IMG/VR virus record: IMGVR_UViG_3300012204_000008
Location: 32,001-96,000 of that record
From: a virus
Strand: one strand, 5' to 3'
Length of the DNA: 64,000 bases
Position numbers and translations under genes: made by a program. The notes beneath the pieces are model-generated. The model searched no databases. It saw only the letters and a list, made by a program, of their open reading frames with translations, and was not told the origin of the DNA. The first letter of the stretch is position 1, and each line of letters begins with the position of its first letter. Below, piece after piece: positions 27,628 through 41,200 of this stretch.

Positions 27628-28115
27628 TGCCAGGCCAAGATGAAATTAATCAGCTTGTCGCAGAGGTACGCTCTGATCTGCGCACAAGAGCCACTAAGAC
27701 AGCACAGAACGCTGCCTTAGTTTCATTTTTTGAGGAACACAGTAGACCACCTACTATTGAAGAGCTCTCTACTGAGATTTCAATTGTAGAACCAACCGAT
27801 ACGCAAGTAGTATCATTTTTAGATGCTGCCGCTGCACATAGCGTTGGTAGACTTAGAGCTGCTGAGCAACACGTCGTCAATGCAGAACGCAAAGTTGCCA
27901 AAGCCGAAACGCATCTTGTGGCAGCACAGACTGCACTGTCAGAAGCACAAGAAGAGCTTGAGCGCATCCGTGTTGAGTCGGAAACGTGGGAAGCGGCAGC
28001 GGTACAGGCAGCTAGTTCATTTACTAATTCTTCTTCTACAGAGCTTAACGGTAATTTGTCTTCGGGTGGTGGAGTAGCACTTAGCGCGACAGTGCGCACA
28101 GAGGACGGTGTCTGA
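27627..28115 (+). CDS. Coiled-coil hypothetical protein
   Basis: ATG 27627 after GGAGG; TGATG couplings at both ends; heptad-rich. Confidence 0.65.
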   Translation: MPGQDEINQLVAEVRSDLRTRATKTAQNAALVSFFEEHSRPPTIEELSTEISIVEPTDTQVVSFLDAAAAHSVGRLRAAEQHVVNAERKVAKAETHLVAAQTALSEAQEELERIRVESETWEAAAVQAASSFTNSSSTELNGNLSSGGGVALSATVRTEDGV

Positions 28116-28594
28116 TGGCATGGGCGGGCAGTTCTATCTTCCGCGCACTGATTTCGGACGTGCTAGAAAACGCGTCAGCATTGGATTTTGGCGCCGACAC
28201 GTTCACATGTGCGCTATATAACAATACACCGACGCCCGACAATGACGTAACCTCTGCAAACACTGCCTATAACGTTGGACAGTGGGCGACAGCACAAGAG
28301 GTTTATCAGGCTGGTCAATGGGCACAAGCTGGAGTGAACATCGCAACAACTGCGATCACAAATCCAGCGGCTGACATCACCATGTTTGATGGTGCCGATA
28401 CCGCGTCTGGTGCAGCAGCGACACTAGCGAGCGTATATGGATGTTTGGTATATGACAACACCATCGCCACCCCTGTTGCAGATCAAGGTGCATCGTTCCA
28501 TTACTTCGGCGGTACTCAGTCAGTAACAAACGGTACATTCACCGTTGTGTGGCACGCAAATGGAATTAACCGCTGGACAACGGCACAGGCATAA
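28115..28594 (+). CDS. Putative virion structural/decoration protein
   Basis: Beta-rich with DTF.CALY and GTFTVVW.ANGI; within the structural operon. Confidence 0.6.
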   Translation: MAWAGSSIFRALISDVLENASALDFGADTFTCALYNNTPTPDNDVTSANTAYNVGQWATAQEVYQAGQWAQAGVNIATTAITNPAADITMFDGADTASGAAATLASVYGCLVYDNTIATPVADQGASFHYFGGTQSVTNGTFTVVWHANGINRWTTAQA

Positions 28595-28608
28595 TCAATA
28601 GGAGTTTC

Positions 28609-31275
<2,667 letters not shown>

Positions 31276-31292
31276 TGCAACGGTGGTAGCCA

Positions 31293-32612
31293 ATGGCGAT
31301 CACCGCTGTCAATAAACTCTCCGAGCACTCGGCCACGTCTGGAACGTCTTTCACGACCTCTGGCTCGGTGACACCCGCGGCCAACAAACTCTACCTCATC
31401 ACCGCGAACGCGCGGGTCAGCACCGGTTCGGTAAATCCACCCGAGCCGACCATTACGGCGTTCGGCTTGACGTGGGTTCTCGTCAATAAGACGGACTACG
31501 ACGCGTCTGGCGCCGACCGCCAGTCTGCACACGTGTTTCGTTCCATGGGTGGGTCGCCTAGCTCGGGAACAATTCAAGCCAACTACGGTTCGTTTACTTG
31601 CAACGTCTTCGAGATCGTATGCGACGAAGTCAGCGGTGTAGATACGTCAGGTACGAACGGTTCAGGCGCGATCGTCCAGTCGAACTTTGTAGTGACGGCT
31701 TCCGGCGTGTTCAGTGCAGATGTGACGCTGAACGCCTTCGCCGACGCGACGAACAACGCGGCGTACGGAATGATCACCCACGCCTCCACCAACTCGGAAG
31801 CACATACCGTTGATGCGAGCGGCGGCTACTCCGCGCTCGCAAACACAGCCGTGACCCTTACCGCGACGCTAACGGAGTACAAGGTCGGCCAGGACCTGAC
31901 GGTGTCCGGATCGTGGGTTACCGGGTCACGTGGTGGCGGCGTAGCAATTGAGCTGAAGGCAGCTTCTACCGGTACATCAGCACCGGCTGGTGCTACCGCT
32001 GGTTCTGGCGTAGCACCACAACCAACCCCCTCAGATGCGCCGAATGCTGGTACTACTGCTGGAACAGGTGTAGCCCAAACTCCTACGGCCAAGGACTCAG
32101 TAAATACAAATGCCGTAGCTAGTTCGGGTGTTGCACCACAACCAACAGACGTCATTTCTAGTAATGCAAACCTAGCCAGCGGATCAGGAGTCTCCCAGCA
32201 ACCAACTGAGATCATTGCCGCATCGGCAGACTCAACTAGCGGAACAGGAGTTGCACCACAACCGACAGTTGTTACTGGTGGCTCAACAAACGCACCGGCT
32301 GGACTCGCAATCGGTAATGGTGATACGGCTACAGCTAGTAGTTTAATTCAAGCGAAAGCAGGAGTCGCAAACGGTGATAGTGCAGCGCTTAGTGTTTTAT
32401 TCAGTACACCAACTGGACTGCAAGCTGTAGCGGTCTCTGTTTCAGAGATTGACGTCTCGTGGAACCCAGTAGCATGGGCGGCTGGATATGATGTCGAGCG
32501 TGACAGCGAGGCTAGCCCAGTATTCGTAGCTGCACCAGCTACGTCGTATCAACACACTGGTCTCTCACCTGGCACCGAGCACTTTTATCGTGTTAGAGCA
32601 GTGCATCCATAA
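31293..32612 (+). CDS. Putative virion fibre/decoration protein: beta domain, G-S/T-G-V-A-x-Q-P repeats, C-terminal FN3
   Basis: ~20-aa repeats; PTGLQAVAVS.SEIDVSW...YQHTGLSPGT.H.YRVRA FN3 signature. Confidence 0.75.
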   Translation: MAITAVNKLSEHSATSGTSFTTSGSVTPAANKLYLITANARVSTGSVNPPEPTITAFGLTWVLVNKTDYDASGADRQSAHVFRSMGGSPSSGTIQANYGSFTCNVFEIVCDEVSGVDTSGTNGSGAIVQSNFVVTASGVFSADVTLNAFADATNNAAYGMITHASTNSEAHTVDASGGYSALANTAVTLTATLTEYKVGQDLTVSGSWVTGSRGGGVAIELKAASTGTSAPAGATAGSGVAPQPTPSDAPNAGTTAGTGVAQTPTAKDSVNTNAVASSGVAPQPTDVISSNANLASGSGVSQQPTEIIAASADSTSGTGVAPQPTVVTGGSTNAPAGLAIGNGDTATASSLIQAKAGVANGDSAALSVLFSTPTGLQAVAVSVSEIDVSWNPVAWAAGYDVERDSEASPVFVAAPATSYQHTGLSPGTEHFYRVRAVHP

Positions 32613-35161
32613 TGGCTATCACTCACGATAATGTAAGCCGGAACACCGGCGATATTGATACTACGATTCATAACGCAAGTTGGTCCTGGACTCACACCGC
32701 CATAGGAACCGTTTCTGGTGTCGTGGTAGTTGTAGTTCAGGAGGGAAACGCCGACGCGATAACCGATGTGACGTACGGCGGCGTCGCTCTAGCTCGGCAA
32801 GTATACATTCAGCGTACCGCGACGGAAGCTGGCGCCGTCTACATCTACTTCCTCGGTACGGGCATACCGCAAGGCAACCAGACGATCGCCATTACAATGA
32901 CAGGAACACTGGACACCCAGGGTTACTGCTACACGATGACTGCTGCATCTGGGCAGGACACCGCCGTTGACACCGTTGGCTCTCAAGATCTAGGTGTCAT
33001 CGCTAATCCGTCTATCACGATAAATTACTCCGGTACCTTATCAGGTTGGGCGGGGTACGCGGGTCACTTCTACGGCGCGGCTGCGCCGGTTAGCACCGGA
33101 CTACAGACCGGGGAAACGTACGCATTCGGAGTAGACCTAGGCGCCGCTGCCGGCATGTCTTATCGGAGGCACGGCGGCGCAAACGCTGCGGCGTCCACGT
33201 ACGGATACACTACACTATCCTCTGACGACCAAGTTATCGCTGCCATTATAGTAAAAGAAATAGCTGCTAGCACTAATGCACCGGCAGGACTTTCCTCCGG
33301 AACAGGTGTTTCACAACAACCAAACTCTTCAATAAAAGCAACCTCTATTGCTGATGATGGTTCAGGCGTCTCTCAAGCTCCAATCAGCAAAGTTAATCCA
33401 CCAGTTATAGAAACAACTGGTTCCGGTGTCGCTCAAACTCCAACAACTACAGCAAGTGGAAATGCACTCCCACCTGAAACTAACGGTAGTGGTGCTGTTT
33501 CACAATCAAGTGTTCGCATAGAAGCTAATGCTGGAGCGGCTAGTGGTACAGGCGTCGCACCACAGCCGTTTGCAGATCTCGGTGGTACGCAGGCACCAGC
33601 AGGACTTTCTTCTGGAACTGGTGTATCCAACGCAGCAACAATGAGATGGACATCTGACTGGACAGGGCCGGTAAGTGCCACCACACAAAGCGGTACGCAA
33701 GCACCAGCAGGACTTTCTTCTGGATCGGGGGCAGCTCCGTCTTCTAGTGTTTCAATCTCTGTAAACGCCGGTATAGCGAGTTCCAACGTAGTTGCGCATG
33801 AACCTTCTAAATCAATAGCAGCAAACGCAGACGTAGCAAGCGGCACCGGCGTCGCACCACAGCCTACAGTTCAAACAACAGGCGCGACGAATGCACCCGC
33901 TGGACTAGCGAGTGGAATTGGTAACGCATTCGGGCCAACAAGCACTTCAAGTGGCAATGCACCTCCAGCAGTCGCATCTGGTTCAGGTAGCGCCGCTCAA
34001 TCCTCAATCTCTGAGCTAATAAATGCTGGCGCAAGCTCTGGTAATGGAACTGCATCACCACCGTCTACGACTGCAAGCGGTAACGCGAATGCTGGTTCTA
34101 GCTCAGGGACTGGAGTATCACCACAACCAACGATAGTTACTGGAAGTATTGCGCATCCATCAGCGGCAGAAGGAAGTGGCGATTCACTACAACCCGGACC
34201 CGCTGTTAGAGCACCTGTCGGACTCTCTTCAGGAAATGGAGTTGCACAGCAACCAACAAGTACCTCCAGCGGAAATGCTGCACCGCCTACCGCGACAGGT
34301 TCTGTGGTTTCTCACCAACCTACTCTTCAACTTTCGTCAAATGCCAACGCCGATGTCGGGAATGGAAACGGAGTCGCATTACAACCAACAAGTACTTCTA
34401 GCGGGAATGCCTTGCCCCCTTCTGCTACTGGACAAGGAATCTCCCTTCAACCGACCATCGTAGTCGGGAGTATAGCCAATGCAGGACTTTCCTCTGGAAA
34501 TGGAGAGGCTTCAACTCCAAACTCTAAAGTTACTTTCTACGCTGGGCTAACTTCTGGTTCAGGAAACTCTAACCCTTCTATTGCTAATATAGGTCCTTCC
34601 TCAGGTCTATCTCAAGGAAATGGAGTTGCGCAACAACCAACAGAATCTTTGAAAACGAACGCAGATGTTTCTTCCGGTTCAGGAAACGCTCCACTAACAA
34701 CGGCAACAACATTCAAATACATAAACGCGGCATTAGCTTCTGGTTCAGGAGCTGCGAACGCCATTAAATCAATTCTAGGACCAACTGGAGTTATTGCTTA
34801 TGGAGACGGAGCCGCTCCTCAACCGTCTACACTTATCAATATGGCCGGAACCGGTCCTGCCGGTTTAGCTAGTGGTAGTGGTATTTCCTATTCTTCTAGT
34901 GAAAAGATAGAGCCTATTAGTGCAGTCGCCAATGGTAGTGGCGTCGCCCTATTCACTGGCTGGAGCGTCAGTGCTAATGTAGGAGTAGCAACTGGTATAG
35001 GTGAGGCATTCTCGGTTATATCAGTTGGAGTGGCAACTACATTGAGGATACGAGTCTCTGGAGCAGAAAGCGCGTTGTCTTTTAGCGGTAGAGAAAATCC
35101 ACAACCGTTCTCAGGATTGGAAAGTCCTTTAGCTGTTAGTGGCATAGAACCAGGGACGTGA
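32612..35161 (+). CDS. Putative virion fibre protein with many Ser/Thr/Gly/Pro-rich repeats
   Basis: Repeated AGLSSGxGVAxQPT units over ~600 aa; near-identical 33-nt DNA duplication at about 33584 and 33692. Confidence 0.75.
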   Translation: MAITHDNVSRNTGDIDTTIHNASWSWTHTAIGTVSGVVVVVVQEGNADAITDVTYGGVALARQVYIQRTATEAGAVYIYFLGTGIPQGNQTIAITMTGTLDTQGYCYTMTAASGQDTAVDTVGSQDLGVIANPSITINYSGTLSGWAGYAGHFYGAAAPVSTGLQTGETYAFGVDLGAAAGMSYRRHGGANAAASTYGYTTLSSDDQVIAAIIVKEIAASTNAPAGLSSGTGVSQQPNSSIKATSIADDGSGVSQAPISKVNPPVIETTGSGVAQTPTTTASGNALPPETNGSGAVSQSSVRIEANAGAASGTGVAPQPFADLGGTQAPAGLSSGTGVSNAATMRWTSDWTGPVSATTQSGTQAPAGLSSGSGAAPSSSVSISVNAGIASSNVVAHEPSKSIAANADVASGTGVAPQPTVQTTGATNAPAGLASGIGNAFGPTSTSSGNAPPAVASGSGSAAQSSISELINAGASSGNGTASPPSTTASGNANAGSSSGTGVSPQPTIVTGSIAHPSAAEGSGDSLQPGPAVRAPVGLSSGNGVAQQPTSTSSGNAAPPTATGSVVSHQPTLQLSSNANADVGNGNGVALQPTSTSSGNALPPSATGQGISLQPTIVVGSIANAGLSSGNGEASTPNSKVTFYAGLTSGSGNSNPSIANIGPSSGLSQGNGVAQQPTESLKTNADVSSGSGNAPLTTATTFKYINAALASGSGAANAIKSILGPTGVIAYGDGAAPQPSTLINMAGTGPAGLASGSGISYSSSEKIEPISAVANGSGVALFTGWSVSANVGVATGIGEAFSVISVGVATTLRIRVSGAESALSFSGRENPQPFSGLESPLAVSGIEPGT

Positions 35162-35505
35162 TCATGAGCATCAGAATAGATACATCTGGCCCATTCGTTG
35201 TCGGAGAAAAACCTCCTCCAATTGTTTATCAATTTAAAGATTCAAATGGACTACCGATTGACCTTAGTGCAGCGTATACAGCTAGATTTGTATATAGAGA
35301 AAAAAACGGCGTGGCTATAACAGTAAATGCGACAATAACAGATGTAACAAATGGAAAAGTAACATATACATGGACCGGCTCTGAATTTCCAACTTCGGGA
35401 GACTATTTTGCTGAATTTTGGGTCGGAAACGGTTCAAACAGATTTGCATCTCAATTGTTAGAATGGACAACTAGAACACCGGTTGGAGTAGTTCCTACCA
35501 TTTAG
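35158..35505 (+). CDS. Ig-like/BppU-like virion protein
   Basis: [24 protein letters not shown] pattern. Confidence 0.55.
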   Translation: MIMSIRIDTSGPFVVGEKPPPIVYQFKDSNGLPIDLSAAYTARFVYREKNGVAITVNATITDVTNGKVTYTWTGSEFPTSGDYFAEFWVGNGSNRFASQLLEWTTRTPVGVVPTI

Positions 35506-35515
35506 GAAAATAAAT

Positions 35516-36313
35516 ATGGCGACTAACTTTGGACCTTGTTCAAACTGGCCGGTTAAATGGACTTGCGACGTAATGACAATTAGTCCAACCGTTACCGGGC
35601 AAGCAGTAGCGGCTGCAACAGAAGTTCTATGGGGGCTCAGTGGCCGCCGTTTCGGTACCTGCTCAGTTACACTACGCCCATGCCGTAGAGAATGTTACAA
35701 CGGTTCCTTTCCGCGTGGCTGGTATGAATGGGGAGGAGCAGGAGGGAGTTTCGTATCACCACAACTGATTGGAGGTCAATGGTTCAACATCGTATGCGGA
35801 GAATGCGGCGACAACTGCTCGTGCAGCGCGCTATCAGAAGTCGTATTACCGGTACCAGTAAATACCATCACAACCGTTACAGTAGATGGCTCGCCACTCG
35901 TAACAGGAGCGTACAGAGTTGATGATAATAGAACGTTGGTTAGAATTGACGGTCTCAATTGGCCTAGATGTAATAACCTGGAATTAGCAGATACAAAAGT
36001 AGGAACGTGGTCTATAACTGCAAAATATGGTGAAGAAATTCCTTCTTTAGCAGAACTCGCAATGGGAGAATTGGCCTGCGAATTTATCCGCGCCATTAAT
36101 GGAGAAGACTGTAGACTGCCGAAGGGAGTGCAGAGTTTAGCAAGGCAAGGCGTAACTATCAACTTTGAAAGTGCTGCTGACCTCTCGGAGTCTGGGAGGT
36201 TAGGTCTATATTTCTGTGATTTATTCATCAATACTTACAATCCAAAACATTTGAAGCGTCGTGCGCAAGTTTATAAGATAGACGAAAACTCTCCACGTAG
36301 AGTTGGTACATAG
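35516..36313 (+). CDS. Head-to-tail adaptor
   Basis: LWGLSGRRFGTC...RPC, ELACE, CRLP, LARQGVT actinophage adaptor motifs. Confidence 0.75.
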   Translation: MATNFGPCSNWPVKWTCDVMTISPTVTGQAVAAATEVLWGLSGRRFGTCSVTLRPCRRECYNGSFPRGWYEWGGAGGSFVSPQLIGGQWFNIVCGECGDNCSCSALSEVVLPVPVNTITTVTVDGSPLVTGAYRVDDNRTLVRIDGLNWPRCNNLELADTKVGTWSITAKYGEEIPSLAELAMGELACEFIRAINGEDCRLPKGVQSLARQGVTINFESAADLSESGRLGLYFCDLFINTYNPKHLKRRAQVYKIDENSPRRVGT

Positions 36314-36832
36314 ATGGCTCACATCGGGGTTCATGCGCTGTATGAAATCGCATCTGACGTTTTGGATGAGATCAAACAACGCATGCTTGACGGTGGTTTA
36401 GTTGAGCTTCCAGAAAGAATCGGCCTCTATCCAGGTGCAATCGCATGGGACGCTTGTGACTGTGGAATGCTCCTCATCGCCCCTACTAGGCAATACTTCT
36501 CTGAAAACTTTCCATTTGAAGAGGTAACCCTTACTGCTACACCATGCAACTTTCCATGGCTCGTGATAGAGTACATAGTACAAGCCATTAGATGCGCACC
36601 ATTACCGCAGGAAGGCCAACTTTTCCCGAGTCTTGTAGAGTTAGAGAGTTCTGCGAAAACTGTAATCCATGACTCCTACTATCTCCTAGAGGGCACAGCT
36701 AAGATCCTATGCTCCCTTAAAGAAAATAGAGAGATCGTTGACTATAGGATAACGGAGCTAATAGTGCAAGGACCTGAAGGTGGCTGTGTGGGAAGTGAAC
36801 TACGATTCTCTACGGCTATTAGGAGGGGCTAG
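36314..36832 (+). CDS. Neck/tail-terminator-like protein
   Basis: WDACDCG, IRCAP, QGPEGGCVG; position. Confidence 0.55.
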   Translation: MAHIGVHALYEIASDVLDEIKQRMLDGGLVELPERIGLYPGAIAWDACDCGMLLIAPTRQYFSENFPFEEVTLTATPCNFPWLVIEYIVQAIRCAPLPQEGQLFPSLVELESSAKTVIHDSYYLLEGTAKILCSLKENREIVDYRITELIVQGPEGGCVGSELRFSTAIRRG

Positions 36833-37227
36833 TGCCTATATTTCACTCTATAAACTATCCAGAAGTTACTAGATTACTAACTAGCCCTGGGGGTGGAGTC
36901 TCCAGAGATATACACAGAAGAGGGAGAAATGTAGAAAGGATGGCACAAAGAGTAGTGAGAAAGGATACTGGAACTTTAGCTGCTAGTATTCATACTGAAA
37001 GAATGATTCCAGTTGGGGTAAAGGTTGGCACGAACTTGAGATACGCTAGGTATGTTCACTATGGCACTGGCATCTACGGCCCTTACCATCGCCCCATTAC
37101 ATCAAAGCGTGGAAAATACTTGGTCTTCTGGTCTAAGAAATACAATCGAATAATATATACCAAAAAAGTCCGTGGCCAGACGCCAAACCCGTTCTTGCAG
37201 CGGGCACTTGTAGCGGCCTACAGATGA
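36832..37227 (+). CDS. HK97 gp10-like tail completion protein
   Basis: DTGTLAASI, VGTNLRYARYVHYGTG, NPFLQRAL. Confidence 0.8.
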   Translation: MPIFHSINYPEVTRLLTSPGGGVSRDIHRRGRNVERMAQRVVRKDTGTLAASIHTERMIPVGVKVGTNLRYARYVHYGTGIYGPYHRPITSKRGKYLVFWSKKYNRIIYTKKVRGQTPNPFLQRALVAAYR

Positions 37228-37286
37228 CGGTAGGCTGTCGTCCAGGTTAGTGACTAGCCGTTATTTTCTATCTAGGCGAGAAGCCT
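37223..37286 (+). terminator. Intergenic hairpin cluster, possible terminator
   Basis: Hairpins 37223-37242, 37245-37259 (followed by GTTATTTTCT) and 37274-37286. Confidence 0.35.
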
Positions 37287-37296
37287 CGGAGCGGTC

Positions 37297-37530
37297 GTGC
37301 CAAAAGAACGTTTATGGCTACGGGAGCAAAAGGCAGTAATCGTTGGATGGGAGAGAGACGGAGGCTTCGTACAGATTGGAGTAGATATAGACGTACCGTT
37401 CAAAATCCAGGGAGAAGTTGGAGAAGAACTCCACTCCTCCCTTTCTGTCGATTTAAACAGAGCAGATGTAAACAAACTTATCCGTACCCTTAGACGAGCT
37501 AGAGACCTAAGCATGGGCCGTGACGCATAA
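37297..37530 (+). CDS. Hypothetical protein
   Basis: GGAG SD plus GTG; VGW...VQIG...NKLIRTLRRARD. Confidence 0.65.
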   Translation: MPKERLWLREQKAVIVGWERDGGFVQIGVDIDVPFKIQGEVGEELHSSLSVDLNRADVNKLIRTLRRARDLSMGRDA

Positions 37531-37554
37531 TCGAAATGAGAGGCGTGATGCCTG

Positions 37555-37926
37555 ATGTCTGAAGACATCAAAGATTTCACAGTATCAACGGAAACAATTA
37601 AATTCAAGATCAACCAGGATATCTTCGAGGCTATACCAGATATTCCGGCCGGTAAATTACTTGACTTTTCAGAGAGTCAAAGTGATCTTACTAAAGTTTC
37701 TCCAGAAGATAGAACAAAAGTCTTTGAAACGATGTTCACTCTCATATTGACTCCTGAGTCTGCTGAAAGATTTCTAAATAGACTATATGATCCAAAGAAT
37801 CCAATTGGTATTAGAGTTATCAACAACTTGATCCCATGGATCTTTGAGCAGTATGGAATGCGCCCTACCGAAGCGTTGCCGGGCTCATTGGATGGATCCG
37901 GCAACCCGGCGTCTGGCACGAAATAG
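37555..37926 (+). CDS. Tail assembly chaperone (gpG-like)
   Basis: Position before the tape measure; ends in RPT plus a low-complexity tail. Confidence 0.8.
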   Translation: MSEDIKDFTVSTETIKFKINQDIFEAIPDIPAGKLLDFSESQSDLTKVSPEDRTKVFETMFTLILTPESAERFLNRLYDPKNPIGIRVINNLIPWIFEQYGMRPTEALPGSLDGSGNPASGTK

Positions 37927-38210
37927 ACGGCGAATTTCCAACTACTGATCTTATGGAGCTGCCATTTCCAAAGTTTCTAAATGTTCTCTACTCTCAAATG
38001 ATTAAACGTCTACCGCCATGGGAGGAAGGGAAACCTGACCCGAGAAAGGAGCTAGACTCTAAGCTAGGAATTATCAACTGGCAGAACCCTTGGGAGGTTA
38101 AGTCTAAAGTTACTAAAAAGGCCCTTCCTTCTAACGCTCCATCTTGGTGGGGAGGGGATCTCGAAGCTAGCCAGAGCTTCATAGCAGCTATGGGTGTCAG
38201 GTTAGACTAG
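37863..38210 (+). CDS. Tail assembly chaperone -1 frame extension (gpT-like; fusion about 218 aa from 37555)
   Basis: -1 frame reads PYRSVAGLIGW...DLMELPFPKFLNVLY from CCCTAC at 37863; hairpin begins 6 nt downstream. Confidence 0.75.
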   Translation, partial: PYRSVAGLIGWIRQPGVWHEIDGEFPTTDLMELPFPKFLNVLYSQMIKRLPPWEEGKPDPRKELDSKLGIINWQNPWEVKSKVTKKALPSNAPSWWGGDLEASQSFIAAMGVRLD

Positions 38211-38234
38211 AAAAAGAAAGCGGGGTGGTTTGGC

Positions 38235-41200
38235 GTGGCGATTGTAGACCGCGCATATTGACGTCGAAATCCTCCCCATATTTAATAACTTTACCAGGCA
38301 ACTGAAAGAAGGAATAGACAATAGCTTAAGAGATGCCGATCGCTCTATCCAGCGTTCTTCTAAGGATATAGAGCGTACCTTAGGAGATGCCGGGAAAAGA
38401 GCCGGTGACAACTTTAGAAATAACTTTGCATCTTCCAGCAGAGACGCAACAGAGTCTATGGGGCAGATGAAAGTTCACATCGTAAAATTCATGGGAGATA
38501 TTGAGCAAGCCAAAGAAAGAGCGACAAAAAATATTAGAGACGGTTTTGATAGATCGTCACATGACGCTAGTAATTCGATTAGTGGATTTCGTGACCGTGC
38601 TCACGGTTCATTTAATGATGTAGATAACGACAATAAAAGAGTCCATAACTCTATTCGTAATGAATCTAATAGATCTGTAAGAGATATAGATAGAAATTTT
38701 GGAAGTCTAAAGCAAACTTTAATTGGAACGAATGACACAGCCCGCGACTTCTTCCGAATCATGAGATTTCCTATTCTAGCTTCTGGGCTCTCGTTAGTAA
38801 CAGGATCCGTTGCAAGACTTGGCTCTAGTTTAATCTCACTAGCCAGCTACGCCGGTGTAGCTGCCGGTGCGTTAGCTGCAATTCCATTAGCTGCTGGAGC
38901 AATAGGCCAGGGAGTTGGAGTCGTTGCAGCAGCTTTTACTGGAATTAAAGAAGCAGTTAAAGCAATGGATGCAGCACAACTTCAAGGAGTTCGTACTGCA
39001 CAGACAACTGCAAATGCTCGTAGAACGGCGATGGAAGGAGTTAGAGAAGCAACTCTCTCTCTTAAAAATGCTCAACTTTCCGCAGCACGTAGCGTACAAG
39101 ACGCAGAGATCTCCCTCTCAGATGCTCAACGTTCAGCGACAAGAGCACAAGACGATCTAAATCTAGCAAGAAAGGAGGCAAAGGAGAGATTAGAAGATCT
39201 CTCTATCTCCATAAAGGGCGCAGCATTAGATGAAGAAGACGCGATACTAGCCGTTGAAAGAGCTAGACAGCGACTTGCAGAAGTTAAGGCACCAAGAGCC
39301 AGCTTAGAATTCCGCGAAGCTGACTTAGCTTTACGCCAAGCCATACAACGCCTAGCTGAAATCAGAGAAAAGAACGCAGACCTTCGACGAGAAGCTGCTG
39401 CTGCCGCTAAAGCTGGAATAGAGGGTGACACTGGAGTTGTAGCTGCCAAGGAAAAAGTTTTAGATGCTAGTCGTAGAGTGGCAACAGAAGAAAGACAGCT
39501 AAGACAAGTAAGAGTAGACGCTGCTGCTAGGATAGCAGAGGCTCAGAAAGAACTTTCACTTGCACAAGAAAAAGTTGCACGAACTGGGCAAGACGCCTCT
39601 GCTGCGCAAATCAAACTGACCCAAGCAATGCAGAAACTCAGTCCAGCCGGTAAAGAATTCGCAACTTTCTTACATAGCAATTTTATACCCGCTCTTATTT
39701 CTATGAGAAATAAGGCACAGGAAGGCTTTTTACCTGGATTTCAAGAAGCCTTGGTAAAACTCTTAGACTTGACACCATTAGTCAACAAGACCTTTTTGGA
39801 AACTGGAAAGATAGTAGCTGATCTTACTATTCGTGGGGCTGAGATGGTTACAAGCGGCCCGTGGAAACGAGATTTTGCATTGGTAGCGGAGGCAAATGAA
39901 AGAGCAATTCGAAGATTCGGAGACGCGACCTTAATCCTAGCTCCTGCATTCCGCGATTTAGCGATGGCGGCCCTACCTTTGCTAGATAGATTCTCTAAAT
40001 GGACGGTAGTCGCAGCAGAAGCAATAACTAAGTTTATAGAGGCAAGAAAAGAGAGCGGGGCACTAGCCAAATTCTTTGACATGGCTGGTGATGCAGCGGC
40101 TCGGCTTGGCCGTATTGCTTTCAATCTCATAGTTACTTTATGGAATGTAGCCAATGCCGCCTTCGGGGCTGGAAACGTTCTTTCTGGATCCATAGAAGGA
40201 GCAACAAAGAAATGGGCGGATTGGACAAGTAGTCTAGAGGGACAAAACAAATTAAAGAAATGGTTTGACGACGCTATAGCCCCAACTAAAGCGGCAGGGG
40301 AACTCTTAAACGCCGTAGCAGGAAGCCTATTCAGAATAGCCGAAGACATAGATCTAACTCCAATCATCAATCAGATTAGAGATCAACTACTCCCGGCAGT
40401 TGAAAGACTTGTAAGAAATGTTTCCGGAGACTTCTTAACAAGCCTTATTTCAACAATCTCTAGTCTAGCCAATGTACTTGGAACTTTAGCAGCAGAAGGT
40501 GGTCCACTAAATCTATTCTTCAAAACGCTTACATTAGTTTTAGACACATTTGATAAACTCATTGAGCTTCCAATAGTAGGAACATTCGTTAGTTGGGTAC
40601 TAGCGGCTGCCGCAGTGGGTGGCGCAATCAAGGTCATAGCATTCGTTGCAGACGGTGTAGTCAGATCTCTCGGAGTACTAACAGGAGCTATAAGACTTGT
40701 CTTCCTAATATGGAATGCTTCTTTGATCATTGCCGCTCGTACAGCAGTGACTACAGCAGCTACAACGGCGGGCGCATGGCTAGTAGCTCTCGGTCCTATT
40801 GGTTTGGCGATAGCAGGAATCATCGCAACAATTGGATTGCTTGTAGCAGCCTTCATATTTGCTTATAAAAAGAGTGAAACATTTAGAGACATAGTTAATG
40901 GAGCGTTTAAGGCTGTTAGCGATAAAGCAAAAGAATTATGGGATAAAAGCGTCAAGCCTAGTTTTGATAAGATAATAGAGATCTTGAGAAAGACTGGGGA
41001 AGAAATAGAGAAACTATGGAACGACTATTTCGAGCCATATTTTAGAGATGAAATAGAGATAGTTAAAGAGCTTGGAGAAACTTTCCTATGGTGGTGGCAT
41101 AACGTAACCGAACCAACATTCAAAGGCGTAACACTCATAATCCAAACCTGGTATGAAACTACATATAAGATTTTTATGGTGTTAACATGGTACATGCGAA

